DNA from: Vicugna vicugna
Lineage: Eukaryota
DNA: 64,000 nucleotides
Reading direction: 5' to 3'
Assembly (NCBI GenBank): GCA_013265495.1
Contig: MU058482.1
Coordinates: 1-64,000, forward strand
The notes beneath the pieces are model-generated. The model was not told where the DNA came from and searched no databases. It saw only the letters and a list, made by a program, of their open reading frames with translations. Positions within the stretch are counted from its first letter, which is position 1. Each line of letters begins with the position of its first letter. Made by a program: the position numbers and the translations under genes. This document shows positions 12,300 to 25,720 of the stretch, piece by piece.

Positions 12300-12535
12300 T
12301 GAAGCTTTCTTTGTGTTTGAATATAAAAGGAAACCTATGTCGAGGGATATTATTCAACCCCATGGCAAACAATAAAGAGGCATTGCCTATCACAGCCTAT
12401 CCCTTGATACAGTAGCCAAAGCGTATCATCCTTGTCTCAAAGTCATTGAACTTTCAGCTAAGTTGGTTGAAGCGTATTCAGATCTTGCACTGAAATCTCC
12501 ATTAAATCTGATGATACCACATGCAGAACAACGTG
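12300..12535 (+). mobile_element. Degenerate ERV (class I-like) pol fragment, RT connection / RNase H-like region
   Basis: Translates as QPHGKQ*RGIAYHSLSLDTVAKAYHPCLKVIELSAKLVEAYSDLALKSPLNLMIPHA, matching the RPVAYxSxxLDxVAxGxPPCL...LxxPL...PHAV pattern of gammaretroviral Pol. Confidence 0.75.
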
Positions 12536-12959
12536 TTCTCTAATTTAAAAACACCCAACATTTTCCTACCAGTTGGTTGACTAAATATGAAATACTATCA
12601 GTATCTCCTCATATTATTTACCTCTCTTAAACTTCTCAATTAAGGGATCTCATGTTTGTATTTCTGCCATTCAAAATGTCTCCATGTCCAGAACAATTTT
12701 TTTCAACCACCTTATATCATATTCTGAATTTAAGTATTTTTCAATGTTTGAAGGATTTAGGAATAGGAGAGGGTGTACTTTTAAAAGGATAGCAGAAGGT
12801 AGTTTGGGGTAGCAATGAAACTTCTGTGGCACGATCATGTGATAGTTACATGATCTATATAATGTATTAAATTCAAAATAAAGAGAATTGTACACCAAAA
12901 AAGTCAATTTTTCGATATAATTACTTAGTAATAAAAATTTAAAGCACTGAGTTCAAAAT

Positions 12960-13640
12960 GCCCAAATAGGAATACTCTGCCTTCCTTGCACCCACAAAAG
13001 CACTGATATCCACAATACATACACTAAATACCCACACTAAAGGGAGTGCTTTGAGGAGGCCAGGAGTCCAGCAGAAGTTCCAGCACACTGTCTGAGACTG
13101 GACACACTGAAGAAGGTTAGAGGAACACTTTCACTTTACCCTTGTCACCCCTGCCCACAAAGAGCACAGCTCAAGGCCAAGAAAAACCTTCTAGGCCTGT
13201 GATTTCTTCATAAGGGAGAGTGAGAGACTGAATGAGCGTTGCTGTCCAGCTCTGAGGGAGGCTGCCAAAGAGACCTGCCCCTTTCTGGCCGCATCCAGAA
13301 CACTGAGGGGTGCTGCCCAGCTGGGAGTGGGGAGCACCTGGGAGAACAGCAGCCAGGGCGCCAGGAGGGCTTTAAAGGGACAAGGGTCCTACTACGCCAG
13401 GGCACAGACTCCATCAGGACCTGCCCGCCAGCCTCTGGGGACGCCTTGCCTGCCAACCACCAAAAGTGTCCCAAGGCCACGGCCAGCGCCCAGCAGCGCA
13501 GCCGTGCGCCACCCGCGCCCTGGCCCCTCCCAGTGCGCGAAGGGCGGCAGCAGGAGCGAGCCTTCGCAGACGGCCAGCGAGCATGCGCAGAAGCGGCCCC
13601 ACTCTGCGGGCCTGGAGAAACCACCCAAGTTTGAGAAGTC
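12960..13640 (+). mobile_element. Old L1 5'-end (L1M3-type) fragment, CpG-rich
   Basis: agtccagcagaagttccagcacac...gaggaacactttcactttaccc...gagcatgcgcagaa resembles L1M 5' UTR sequence (from recall); absent from copy B. Confidence 0.6.
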
Positions 13641-13846
13641 AGCACTTCTTATGGAAAGCAAGCAAAAGGGAGGCTGTGGGCACCCAGACAGGTTTTGCAG
13701 GATCAAGAGAAGGCGATGTAGTCTGTAGTCAATTGTCAGAGACAGTAGGAAACAGGGACACCAACCGTGGTGAAGGTTTAAAGCGTGAAGGTGTCTGAGT
13801 CAGAGCTGATGATGACTGACTCTGCACACCGCACAGAGCTTTTCTT

Positions 13847-13917
13847 NNNNNNNNNNNNNNNNNNNNNNNNNNNNNNNNNNNNNNNNNNNNNNNNNNNNNN
13901 NNNNNNNNNNNNNNNNN
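13847..13917. other. Assembly gap (71 N); other gaps at 2337-2496 and 2739-3216
   Basis: N runs. Confidence 1.
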
Positions 13918-15836
13918 TTTTTTTTTTTTTAACTTCCTTTGAAAAACTTCTCAAAAAAAAAAAGAAAAGAAAAAGAAAAACTTCTCACCCAAGTACCACA
14001 GAGCAGTAAAGCCTATAATAATTGCACTCTCGCTCTCTTCTGACTTCGTTTAAGAAAAATAAACCAATAACATATAAGCCATGCTTCTTCCCTCTCACTC
14101 CATTGTCAGTCCTGGAAGAAATGGACCCACCAAGAGTCTCCTGCTCCTACTGGACACGAGCTAGTGAGCGCAGTGAAGGGAATAATCAAGTCGGTTGAGG
14201 TGCTGGGCTACAGTACTGACCTTTCTTGTTCAGATGTTTAAACCCAATTTAATCTGATGATCTTCCCCAAAGAAAATAAACACCAGTTTGTTAATAAACA
14301 ACAACCATAATTCAGCCAAGAAACATCATTCTTACCATACCCATCGGTAACTGTATTCATTCTCAGGAAGACTGTAAGGGAGCTTGAGAATAGCCTGTCT
14401 TTAACCAGGAGTGGGAGAATTTGGGAATTAATTATTTATGAAAATTCTTTCAGTCCATTGATTTATGTGTGACACTAAAAAAATAACATTTTAAAAGAAA
14501 AGGCTGTGGTTAGCAATGTTTAGTCCAACCAAAGCATGAAGATGAGGTAGGGAGCTTGGTAGCCAGCTATCTCTAAATTAGCCATTAGTTCAAATGCCTT
14601 TGTGCAATCTAATAGTAATGGTAAGCAGCGGATAAATACATATAAAAATTTTCTCAAATACCCCAGAATGTATGCAATCATAAAGGTAACAAAAAATTAC
14701 AAGTCTAGGAATAAATATAATTATTTTGAAACAATAGAGTGTTACCCAGAAAGATACATATGAATGGGAAAAAACAGTATGTTGTTAATCAAAGTACCAA
14801 ATATACACTTTAAGGAGTTTTGCTCTTCACAAATTAATTTTTAATTTATTTCAATCACAAAGCTTAAATTAGAACAGGAATAAGTAGCAGCTTCACCTTT
14901 TATTCTTTAACAAACATTTACCAATAATCCACTATGTGAAAAAGTTTGTGCTTGGTACTACAGATAGGGCAGTGATGAAACACACAACTCTTGTCTTCTA
15001 AATTCTATAGCAGAGTAAATGTGAATAGATTCTTACAGAATTTTATAAAGAGAATAGGTCTGTGAAATTTATATGGAGCTCACATTCTCAAATCACTTCC
15101 TATCCTAATTTCCCTTAAACGCCAAGAAATATATACCATAACTGGGCACTAAAGGAAAACGCATGTCACATTTTCCCCAACAAGAGAGCAGTCAAAGCAC
15201 ATAAAAATGGCTGTCAAATTTTACCACAAATTCAGAGGAAGAAAATTATTATAAAGGTGTAATTTATTAAAATCTCTTGCAGAGCTCTTGAAAAACAGGT
15301 GTTTGAGAAGAAGTCTTGAAATGAGAAATGCTCAGTTCAAGATAAAATATTAAGTGATAATCATGACACTCACTGTAATAAGAATTTACAAAGATTTAAC
15401 TGAATAGTAGGAGTATTATTTAATTACACACGTGTCAATATCATATTTATTGATTATCACGTCTTTTACATTTGGCATGTAGTGTTGTATAATGAGGAAA
15501 ATAGTCAATACTGTTTCAAAACCAAGTATTTAAAAACCCATTTATAATAAGGACTATGATATTGATACCAGGGGGTAATTTATAGAAGAGGAATCTGAAT
15601 AGCATATGTAAAGTCAATTTTACAATTTCAAAATAAAATATTACTAACTCCCTTCAAGAATACAGTTAGCAACAGTCATCCAACAAAATGTTTAACATCT
15701 TCTGTGTCATCTTGAACCTAATCTTCTGATTCTACATTTTTCATGTCTAATACATCAGTTCCCACTTGCAGACACACAATATGACAATATATCCACTAGA
15801 AGGTCTGTGCAAAGAAAGGCGGTTGCCCGAATAGCA

Positions 15837-15875
15837 GGTTTGAGTACAGGTAGCAGGTGCCTGGGAAGCAATGTG
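15837..15875 (-). other. 23-RSS of TRAV13 (16 kb copy)
   Basis: Heptamer CACATTG, 23-bp spacer, nonamer ACTCAAACC. Confidence 0.92.
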
Positions 15876-16383
15876 TACTTGCTGCACAGAAGTAGACAGC
15901 TGCGTCTCCAGGCTGGGCGGCTGTGATGTGCAGGGAGAGATGTTTGGCCGTCTTATTCAATAAAACAACGAGTCCTTGGTCTTCCTCTTTGACCTTATTT
16001 GAACGAATGCTTATAAGGAACTGGAGACCTTTGCCAGGTTCTTGCTTATACCAAGGGAAGAAATCTGAATTACTGTCTGTGTAAGTGCAGGTGATAACAG
16101 AGCTGTTTCCCTCCTGGACACTCAGGCTGGGAGGACTCTGCTCCACATTCTCTCCTCGGCTCACACCTGTGCAGAAAGAAGAAGTCAGAGAAAGGAGGAT
16201 TACCAGATTACTGTGTCCCCAAATTTACTTTTCCTTCTCTACGGTAACCAGAGGAAACCTGAATAAAGCCAGTCCTGGCTTCTAAAGAATGTCCTCTAAT
16301 ATCTTCTGTTTCCCATAAGCCCTCGACTCACAGTGCAGCTGCAGCCACAAGAACATGATTAAAGCTCCGATGGGTGTCTTCAT
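15876..16383 (-). CDS. TRAV13: TRAV13-like V segment, apparently functional; leader 16383-16332, V exon 16166-15876
   Basis: Leader [18 protein letters not shown] with GTGAGT donor. V exon [46 protein letters not shown]...[13 protein letters not shown]...VYFCAAS, like human TRAV13-1. Confidence 0.95.
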
Positions 16384-16596
16384 TGTTCTTCCCATTTGGG
16401 ATCAATTGCAAACTGCAAACTCCAGCCAGGAAAGCTACTTCTATTACCAAGTGATCCCTTCTTTTCTCTAACAACCAGAGGTTTCTCACATTGCCTACCC
16501 AGCCAATAAGAAAAAGGCTCTGCTTCTGCCCTAAGCCTATTCATTCAGAATCCACTGAAATGAACCCTGCACATGTTCTGCATCAGCCGGGGTGCA

Positions 16597-16610
16597 CCGC
16601 CATCTGGTGG
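16597..16610 (-). promoter_or_regulatory. CTCF motif upstream of TRAV13
   Basis: CCACCAGATGGCGG about 215 bp upstream of the ATG. Confidence 0.75.
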
Positions 16611-17539
16611 TCACATCTCTAACTACGGAACTTTCGGGTTAAATGTTTTCTTACCCTGTGTCTGTAAGGGATTCATATGCACAAAAACAGCAATAGATGA
16701 AACAAATTGTGTCTTAGATTGGAGAGTAAATGCACATTAATAGTGCAGAGATCAGGATTTATATCTCTGCACACTACTGAGTCGTTTGTAAGTTGGAGAG
16801 AGGTCGATCCTGTTGCTGTTTATTCAATGATGGACCCAGGGTACAGGTTTGAAATCAGGAAAGCACCATGATTCACTCTCTCAAAGAAGATATAAAAATC
16901 TTTTCAGCCAAGTCTAACATCCTCATTTGTCTGTTGTGAAGGAAAACTCTTTCTAAAAGGAACGTGTAAGCCAAAGAGCAGGAGAGAGAAGATCAGTTGA
17001 TATTTCAAATGTCTGTTATCTCAGACTCTGCTCCTCTAGGCTGGTCTTGCCCATAAACCTGCTGTTACCAGAGAATGGACAGCACCGGTAGTCAAAATGT
17101 GGAATCTTCCCTCAGTTGACTGTGATAAGAATAAAAGGTTCAAACCTCAATGATAAGGGAGCAGGATGATAACTTCTGTGTATTATTAATATTTCAACCG
17201 TAGAAAACGGTTTGATCTATAGATTGGGCTGATTCACAATGAGAATGCTGACATGCTTTAAGAAATCTATTGGATGCTGTGCTCTGTTCTACAAATGACT
17301 GAAAGAAAGAATAGAAAACTCAGAAATTCTGAGAAAACATCAGGTTGCAGATTCAGAAGTGGCAACCACATGTAAGCTGATCCTTGAGGTGGTTTCATTT
17401 TCTCATATTTAAATGGATATTATGTCCTAAAATGCAATTATGACTCCTATCCTTAGTGGTACCTGTTCTGTCACATGTGCCAGTCTCCTGTCATGTATTC
17501 CTACTTCCCTGGCCATTCATTGCTAGCTCCGATTTCATA

Positions 17540-17775
17540 CTCTATCCTAGTGACTATAGATAACAATACAGTACATTTCACTTGAAAGTTGCTTAGAGAG
17601 CAGATCTTAAATCTTCTCACCATAATAACAATAAAACAAAGACCCTGATTATTATGTGAAGTGAAGGATGTGTTCACTAAACTCATCATGGTAATAATTT
17701 CACAATATATACATATATTCAATCATTACATAGTACACCTTAAACTCACATCATGTTATATGTCAGTCATAGCTC
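17540..17775 (+). mobile_element. L1MA-type 3' end
   Basis: gtgactatagataacaata...agagcagatcttaaatcttctcacca...tacaccttaaact. Confidence 0.75.
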
Positions 17776-18439
17776 AGTGAAGCTGGGGGGTCATGGGGAG
17801 AAAAAGACAACAGTTTTTTAAATGGATGGCATATCCTAAATGTGATGAGTGACTCACCCTTAGTGGGATTCCCTCTACAGTATGAGCCAACTATCCTGGC
17901 ATGGCTCTGTTTCCTTGGCCATCCCTGGCTCGGATTCGATACTCCATCATTTTTCTTCCAAACTTCACTATGATGTCCTTTCTCTAAGGCACTGATAAAG
18001 TTGTGCAATTGTACACGTTTCCAGAATTATCTTCCTCTGCTATCCACTTTAATTTCTTAGAATTTTCTGATTACCTCTATAAGAATAAATCTATGGAAGC
18101 CTAAATATTGCCTGTGTCTGCTAGGGAGTTAGTACAAATAGGAGACTGAGCCCAAAGAGCTGATCATAAGAAATAGTCCCTGGGAAACTGAGAATACCTC
18201 GTTTCCAGAGGTGGAAGCCCCTTTCCTGTGATTTGTGCTCACTGGTCCTCGGGATTATGAAGAATAAACCAAATCTCTGTCCCACGTCTCACATCCTTAA
18301 AGATTTAAAGAGCTACAGTGAGGATATCTACTCAATACATTAAATATTTATCCAGGTGTTCAGACTGATTGGACCATGGCTTTCTCGAACTCCTACAATG
18401 TAAGAGTCAAAAAACTAATGAAGATAAAAAATTAGACTA

Positions 18440-20580
18440 GACTAAGGACTAGAAGAGACATTTCTCCAAAGAAGACATACAAATGGCCAACAGGTGGGCC
18501 AAAAAAATGTTCCACACCACTTATCATCAGATAAAAGCAAATCAAAGCCACAGTATGATATTAGTATTTATCTTCCTCTGTCTGACTTATATCACTAAGC
18601 ATAATATTCTCTAGTTCCATCCACATTGCTGCAAATGGCAGAATTTCATTCTTTTTATGGCTGATTAATATTCCATTGTGTATATATACTACATTTTCTT
18701 TGTCCTTTCATCTGTTAATGGCCACTTGGGTTGCTTCCATATCTTGGATATTGTAAATAGTGCTGCCATGAATGTTGGGGTGCATGTATCTGTTCAAATT
18801 AGTGAAAAGGCACATTCTTTAAACACCTTATTTAAAGAACGGAACACATTTTCTAGTTCCATTTTAGTGATGATTATTCTTAATGTATTTGCCACTGCAT
18901 TTATAATAAATTATTTCATTTCATCTGTTTTATGCATCAAAAAAATTTTTGATGGCTATTATCAAAAACACAAAAGACAACAAGTGTTCCCAAAAAGGTA
19001 TAGCTGCTATGGAAAAGAGTTATAGAGGTTCTTCCAAAAATTAAAAATAAGACTACCATATGATCCAGTGGCCCAGTTTCTGTGTATTTATCCAAAAGAA
19101 TTGAAATCAGAATCTTGAAGGGATTTTAGCACTTCTGTGTTTACTGTAGCACTGCTCACAATAGCCAAGATATGGAAACAACTTAAATTTCCAATAGCAG
19201 ATGAATGGATAAAGAAAATGTGGTACAACAGAGTACTATTCAGCCTTTAAAAACTCTGCAGTATGCAGCAATATGGATGACCCTTGAGGTCATTATGCTA
19301 ACTGAAATAAGCCAGTCACAGAAAGACAAATACTGTTTGATTCCACTTAAATGAGGTATCTAAAATAATTAAATTCATAGAATCAGAGAGTGGAATAAAG
19401 ATTTCCAGGGGCTGGGGGAAAGGGATAATGGAAAGTCACTAATTAACAATCAAGATGAAAGCTCTAGAAATTTGCTGTACAACATTGTACCTATAGCTAG
19501 CAATAATGTACTGTACACATAAAATTTTCTTAAGAAGGCATACCTCATGTTAAGTGTTCGTTACACAATACCATAAAATTAAATTTAAAAATGATGTGCA
19601 GCTGCACACCTGTGTAATGGCCAAAATCCAAAACACTCACAACACCAAATGCTTGTGTCAAAAGTTCAGCAGTAGCCCAAGTAAAACCACTGAATCCCCA
19701 AAGAAGTAATTAATAAAATGTTATTGTGCACACACCAAAAAGGTTTTGAACGTGGATGCTCCACCAAAACATGGAATGCGGCTCAGAAGAATATTGTTAT
19801 AAAGCAGCTTATATAATGAGGAGACATTATTATTGTTTATTCTTCACAGTGACTGGTTCTAATATTAGAATTTTTGTAATGACAGGAAATTGATCAGTGT
19901 TTGTCTCATTTCAAGCTTGGGAAATAGTTTGTTTTACTTATGATTCCTAGAGGCATTAGCAAGAAATCACTCAGGTCAAGTAGGTCTTGCAAAATAAGCT
20001 AAATCAACCTTTGTTTGCACGACTAAACTGGTTGTGTCTACTCAGAGAATTTTCAAAGCTAGTCTCTGGCTTTTATTTTAACACTGGCAAGGATGTGAAG
20101 CAAGAGAAATTCTCATTTGTGGCTGATGGGAATGCAAAATGGCACAACTACTTTGGAAATATGTGTAGCAGTTCCTTACCCAGCTAAACATACTCGTGCC
20201 ATAAGATCTGGCAATTACAATCCTTGGTGTTTACCCAAATAAGTTGAAAACTTATGCCTACACAAAAACGTGAGCATGGATATTTATAGCAGCTTCATTT
20301 ATAATTGCCAAAATGTGGAAGCTATCAAGATGCCCTTCAGTAGATGAAAAGATAAACTGTGAGATACATACAGACAATGGAATATTATTCAGTGCTAAAA
20401 AGAAATGAGCTATCAAGCCATCAAAATACATGGAGGAACCTTAAATGCATATTTCTGAATGAAACAACCAGTCTGAAAATGTTTCATACCATATGGTTCC
20501 AACTTTATGACATCCTGGAAAAAATGAAATTATGGAGACAGTAAAAAGATCAGTGGTAGCTAGGGATTAGTGGCATGGAG
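18440..20580. mobile_element. Cluster of L1 fragments with nested solo LTR (19656-20083)
   Basis: Mostly plus-strand L1 3' motifs, with an inverted piece at ~18560-18800; paralogous to 4440-5890. Confidence 0.8.
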
Positions 20581-20825
20581 GGAAAATTTTTTTAAAAAAT
20601 AAAAGAAAGCCTAGCTGGTGAGCCAAACCTTAAAAGCTTAGTAAAATACAAGGGTTGCGGGAAAAAGTTTTGCACGCTCTTCTAAATTCATAAAACGCTA
20701 ACGTTCATTTTTCTGCTGGGTTTAGAAAGTGATCAATGTTATAAATGTTTATGAAAATCATGGATGTCACTTATAAATTTTTCACACTGTCCTCCTCTTT
20801 TAATCACCCCTTAGTACACAAAACA

Positions 20826-20864
20826 GACACACACACACACACACACACACACGCAAACACACAC
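20826..20864. repeat. (CA)n microsatellite
   Basis: Direct reading. Confidence 0.9.
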
Positions 20865-22542
20865 ATGCACCTGCGGGGGCAACATCATCTTCCTCAATTA
20901 TTCAAAAATAATTTGTGCTTCTTTTTCTTAAACTTTTTCATAAAAGTTCAGCAAACCTGAGGCTTCTCACACTAGGCCTAGCTTCCCTCTTTAACAGTCT
21001 GCTATGTAAGCTATGATTTCTCCTTATGTTTCTCACCCTCTGAAATTTGGTTGACATCACTGTCTGCTGTTCTCTCCTTTTCTGTTCTCTTTGTGTTTGC
21101 AGGTTTATGCCCTTTTGATTTCTTTACTATCTTTTTAATAGAGTTTCAAAGAGATAAAGAGAAAAATGTGTATTGTTAATCTACCAAATATCTGAGAAAA
21201 AAATTTACTGTATACCCCTTTGTATTGATTTAAGTATATTTGACATGCATTCACATTTATAGAGAGTTTAAAATAGAATTTATATTTTAAACCAATTTAA
21301 CAAAATTAAATTTAAAGCAAGGATGTATAAATAAAATATAAGGAAATATATTAATATTATGATCACAGCTCATTCACTAAATCTACAAATACAATCTCTG
21401 AAAAAAGTAAGAAAATTTTCTTGGAGATGGAGGAATGAGGAAAGAAAATGTTTTCAAAGGGTCAGACATTTCAAAGCCAATAACTTTTTTAGTCATTCTC
21501 ATCATCATAGCCATTGCAGAATCAGAGAACATGCATGTCCTTCATTCCTATGCTCAAAACCTTTCTTCCAAGCGACAAAAGGACTCTTAGTAAGCCAATA
21601 AACATATATGATTAGATAAGCTTGCACCCAGTATTTGCAAAGACCAGCAGTATATTTGCAGTGCAATGCAGAGATTGACTTTTCCATTATTCTTTTCAAT
21701 ACAATGTCTTCTCTTACTTCCATACATTCTCTGTCCCATGAGTTTTCTCCCTCTGTGAGAGGCTGCAAAACAGAGGTTAGAGAAATCTATAGGCTTTCCC
21801 TCAGCCAGTGTCACTCATTTATTTTGTTATGAAAAAAATTCTGTTCAAGACCATTTTTTCCACCATATTTTGTGAGCACTGAAAACTATCTCACTTGAGT
21901 TCTTATTGTTAGCAAGGCCATCGAGCTAACTAACTGGCCAGGAATAAGATACGGGGCACTGTTCATGATTCAGATGGGAATCATCGCCTCAATTATGTTT
22001 TGGGTCCTTGTCCTTCATGTTGAATACAAGAGGGTGTCTACCATCTGACTGACCAAAGAAAGAAACTAGAATTAAAGTCCCTTTCCTCTCTATAAGATTC
22101 TGTTTCTTCTTCCTTTTATTCCCTTCTGCATTAATGAAGAGCCTGGTTTGGGGGGCTGTATTACTCCTATCACCATTCCTCCCCCATTCCGTCAAGAATA
22201 CATGATGCAAATGCCACCTTCTCTTCCAGGGAGGCCCAGAGCAAGCTGTGGGGGTTGGACTTGGACTGCAAGGATGAGCAAAGGACCACTTTCTGTTTAT
22301 GTGGCTTTCATTTAAAACTACTTTGGTCCTGGATGAGGAACCACTGGTGTCAGCTAGTGTCCAATTTCACTTATGACGAGTTGGGAAAGGGAGAGAGTTA
22401 CTTCCTCTTCTTATGCTCTAGCCATTGGTGTGATCTTTGTGTCAACCGGAGACTGAGGGACAAATCACTACAGACTGTGCTGGAAGCAGAGACGATCAAA
22501 CAGTCAGAGACACTCAGCACCCAGGCCCCGCCTGCTGCTCAG

Positions 22543-22581
22543 AGTTTGTGCTCAGCTCCCCCTGCAGCTCCTGTCACTGTG
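22543..22581 (-). other. 23-RSS of TRAV9 (23 kb copy)
   Basis: CACAGTG, 23-bp spacer, GCACAAACT. Confidence 0.95.
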
Positions 22582-23041
22582 TCACTCAGAGCACAGTAGT
22601 ACACAGCCGAGTCTGCCCCTTGGACTGAGGCTTTCTCCAAGTGGAAGGAAGTTTGTTCTTTGTGGTACGTGGCTTCAAAACCTTTGTTGTGTCCCTTCTC
22701 CTTGTCCCTCGAGGCTTTCAGGAGGAGCTGTGGACCTTCTCCGGGGTACTGGACGTACCAGAAAAGAGTGGGGTATCCCGTGGTTGAATAATTGCAGTTC
22801 ATAGTTAGGGCAGCTGACTCTGAAAGGGTCACTGGGCCTTCCGTCTGCATCACTGAGTCTCCACGGGTTCGTCCTGGGCAAGAATAAAATAGTTCATGTC
22901 TCCTTGGGCATAAAGCTCTCCAATAAAATTACGGTTAAAGATTTTCCTGATGAAACAGAAGAAAGAATACACATTTTTAGAGACATTTTACTTACCGAGC
23001 ATTAAGAGCAGCACAGTCACTAAGCCTGGAGAAGAGTTCAT
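22582..23041 (-). CDS. TRAV9: TRAV9 subgroup (TRAV9-2-like) V segment, apparently functional; leader 23041-22996, V exon 22873-22582
   Basis: Leader [16 protein letters not shown]. The 292-nt V exon is open and differs from the 7 kb copy at 11 nt. Confidence 0.95.
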
Positions 23042-23159
23042 CTCTACAGTCGCCTGAATAACGTGCTTGACAGCTACTATGAAGCAATGTTGACATCACA
23101 GCAAAAGGCTAAAGGGAAGCCTGCATTTCACACAGGAAGTGTGTTTGTGTTAGGAAGCT

Positions 23160-23173
23160 GCTCCCCCTGGTGG
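23160..23173 (-). promoter_or_regulatory. CTCF motif in TRAV9 promoter
   Basis: CCACCAGGGGGAGC. Confidence 0.75.
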
Positions 23174-24759
23174 ACGGGGGCAGACATGGGATGCATGTTT
23201 CCTAGTCTCCTCCCCTTGGCAGAGAGATGTTCTCATCCCTGACTTTATTTGTGAGGCACATCTCAGTCCTCAGGTGACACTTGGAACCCTGATCAATAAC
23301 TGTCATAACTTGTCAGATCTGTTTTGTTCTTAGGACGCTCCTGACATCACTGCTGAATCACTATTATTTGAAATGCAATGTTTCCTCAGTTCTAAATTAT
23401 ATCAAGTGCAAAGAATACTACACTTTTAATGAAAGATTTTTAGGAGAAAAAGTCACACTATCTTATTTGTAGTCATATATTCCTGCATATAGACATCATT
23501 AAAAAATAAAAATATGAATCCTAGCAAGAAAAAAGCATACTTGAAATTATTGAATTTTTACAGAATGATCTGAGATGAATATATTATTCCCCCACAATTT
23601 CAGTGACACCAAGATAAGGTGACTGGCCCGTGTGAAACAAACAAGTACTAATCTGACACTCTCAGTGGATGTCTAACCTCAGGGATGCTTTCTATTACCA
23701 TCCATCTGCCAACATTTTGTTGCCAAACTTTAACCAAATAATTTTCCACCCACTGGGTAGCTGAACCTTGAAGATGACATTCTGCATCAAAAGCGTGGAG
23801 CATGAGATAGGACTGTCTTCTTTCCCAGCTTTTCGATTGTTAAAGACACATCAGCAGATAGTCACACATCAGCTAATAGTATAATCAGTGTGTGAGTGAT
23901 TTAAAATTACAGAGTCTAGGCTCCTACCACTAACTTTATAAATCATATTTTCTAGTATTGATGAATTTGTAATTTTTGAAATCTCCCAGATGGTTTTGTT
24001 GCAGCCAGTCTAATACCACCCTACAAGATTTCATTTGTGATCACTGCTCTATACCAAGATGGTCATCAAAGATTAGCGAGAAAGCTCTGGGATCAGCATG
24101 GAAAAACGTTGCCATGATTATACCATTTGTAACTGGTCATTTTCTATGAAGTACCAGCAGCAAAAACAAGCAATTCTTTAGCTCCCTTTTTATGATCGTT
24201 CATTTTATAAAACAAAACAAAAATCCTGAGAGCTATAGGATGAAGCTCTGGAGAAGGACGTATCTTCTATAAAGACTGTAACCATCGATCCTTTGACACA
24301 TAGATGGAAGCTTAGCTCCGTCTCTGTGCTGGAGTTCACTCTCCACAGATTCACATCAAGGAGCTTCATGAGTCCAAAATCAACATGGGAATAGTTTCCC
24401 AGGTGCAGATTTAAGTAATAAAATCAGGCTCGGATACTGTTTGGGTTCTTCCCTTCTCCTCCACCATCTGAATCCTATTGTCAGAACCTGCCTCAAAACT
24501 AAGCTAGAAATGAGTTCTGGAAAAACAGCAAAAACTTCCGTTTTCACAGACTAAGAAGAAAGCAAAAAAAGATTGGGATAATGCTGAGTTGAAAATAATG
24601 TATCACACATGAGTGCAGAAAGTTGTTATCTATACCTTTATTTTAAAAAAAAAACATAGTTTTAGGCCAATGAAAACGTAAAGGAGAAATATTTTGCATT
24701 TTGGGTGACACGAGAAGACTTACGCAACACTGAATGAGGATATTTGTTAAATTTGGATT

Positions 24760-25720
24760 TTTAATGGCTTCATTGAGGTGTAATTGCATAACAATAAGGT
24801 GTACCTATTTAAAGTGTACAATTTTATAAGATTTGACCTACATATATACTTGTGAAGCCATCATCACAATCAAGCTGGTGAACATATGCATCACTCCAAA
24901 AGTCTCTTCATATCCCATTGTAATCCTCCTCTAAAAGTTCTCCTCACTGCCCATCCCCGTTTCTGTCATTATCAATTAATTTGCATATTTTATAAGTTTC
25001 TATAAATGGAGATATATGAACTTTTTGTTAGCTTCTTTTACTCAACACAATTATTTTGTGATTCTTCCAACATTTTAAGTGTGAGTGGTTCATTTCTTTG
25101 TATTGCTGAGTAGTATTCCATTACCTAGATATAAAACAGTATGCTTATGTATTCATCTATTGATGAACATTTTGGATTTTGTTCAGTTCCAGTTTGGGGC
25201 TGTTACAAATAAAGCTGCTGTGAACTTTTATGTATAAGATTTGTATAGACATATGCTTTCATTTCTCTTCGGTCAATATCTGGAAATAGAACAGCTTGAT
25301 CATAGGTAGATGTGTATTTGAATTTATTTAACTATCTTGTTTTTTCCTAGTAGCTTCTTTGTAGAGTCCCTTGATTTTCTACTCAGATAATTATGCTGTC
25401 TGTGAATAAAGATAGGTTCACTTCTGCTTTCCAAACTGTATGTCTTTTGTTTTTCTCTCTTATCTTCATGCACTGGCTACAATTCCTAGTACAATATTAA
25501 ATACAAGTGGTGGAAGCCAAAACTCTTCTTTTGTTTTTGAAGTTAGGAGGAAAGCATTTAGTTTTTTACCATCAAATATGACATCTGATGTAGGTGTTTC
25601 ATAGAGGCCCTTTATTAAGTTGAGGAAATTCCCTTCAGTTTCTAATTCACTGATAATTTCTAATCAGGAATGAATGATGGATTTTGTCAAATGCTTTTTC
25701 TGGACATATTGAGGTTTACC
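24760..25720 (-). mobile_element. Old L1M fragments
   Basis: attgctgagtagtattccatt, aaagcatttagttttttaccatcaaatatga, gttgaggaaattcccttc. Confidence 0.8.

Larger units (their letters stand above)
4330..18340. repeat. Segmental duplication copy A (TRAV9-TRAV14-TRAV13 cassette); ends approximate
   Basis: Collinear homology with ~18840-35750, including shared L1/LTR/ERV relics and the same three genes. Confidence 0.9.

Noticed and set aside
13208..13798. Cluster of overlapping 60-145 aa ORFs
   Set aside because: Expected from high GC content; no recognisable domain; lies in a probable L1 5' end.
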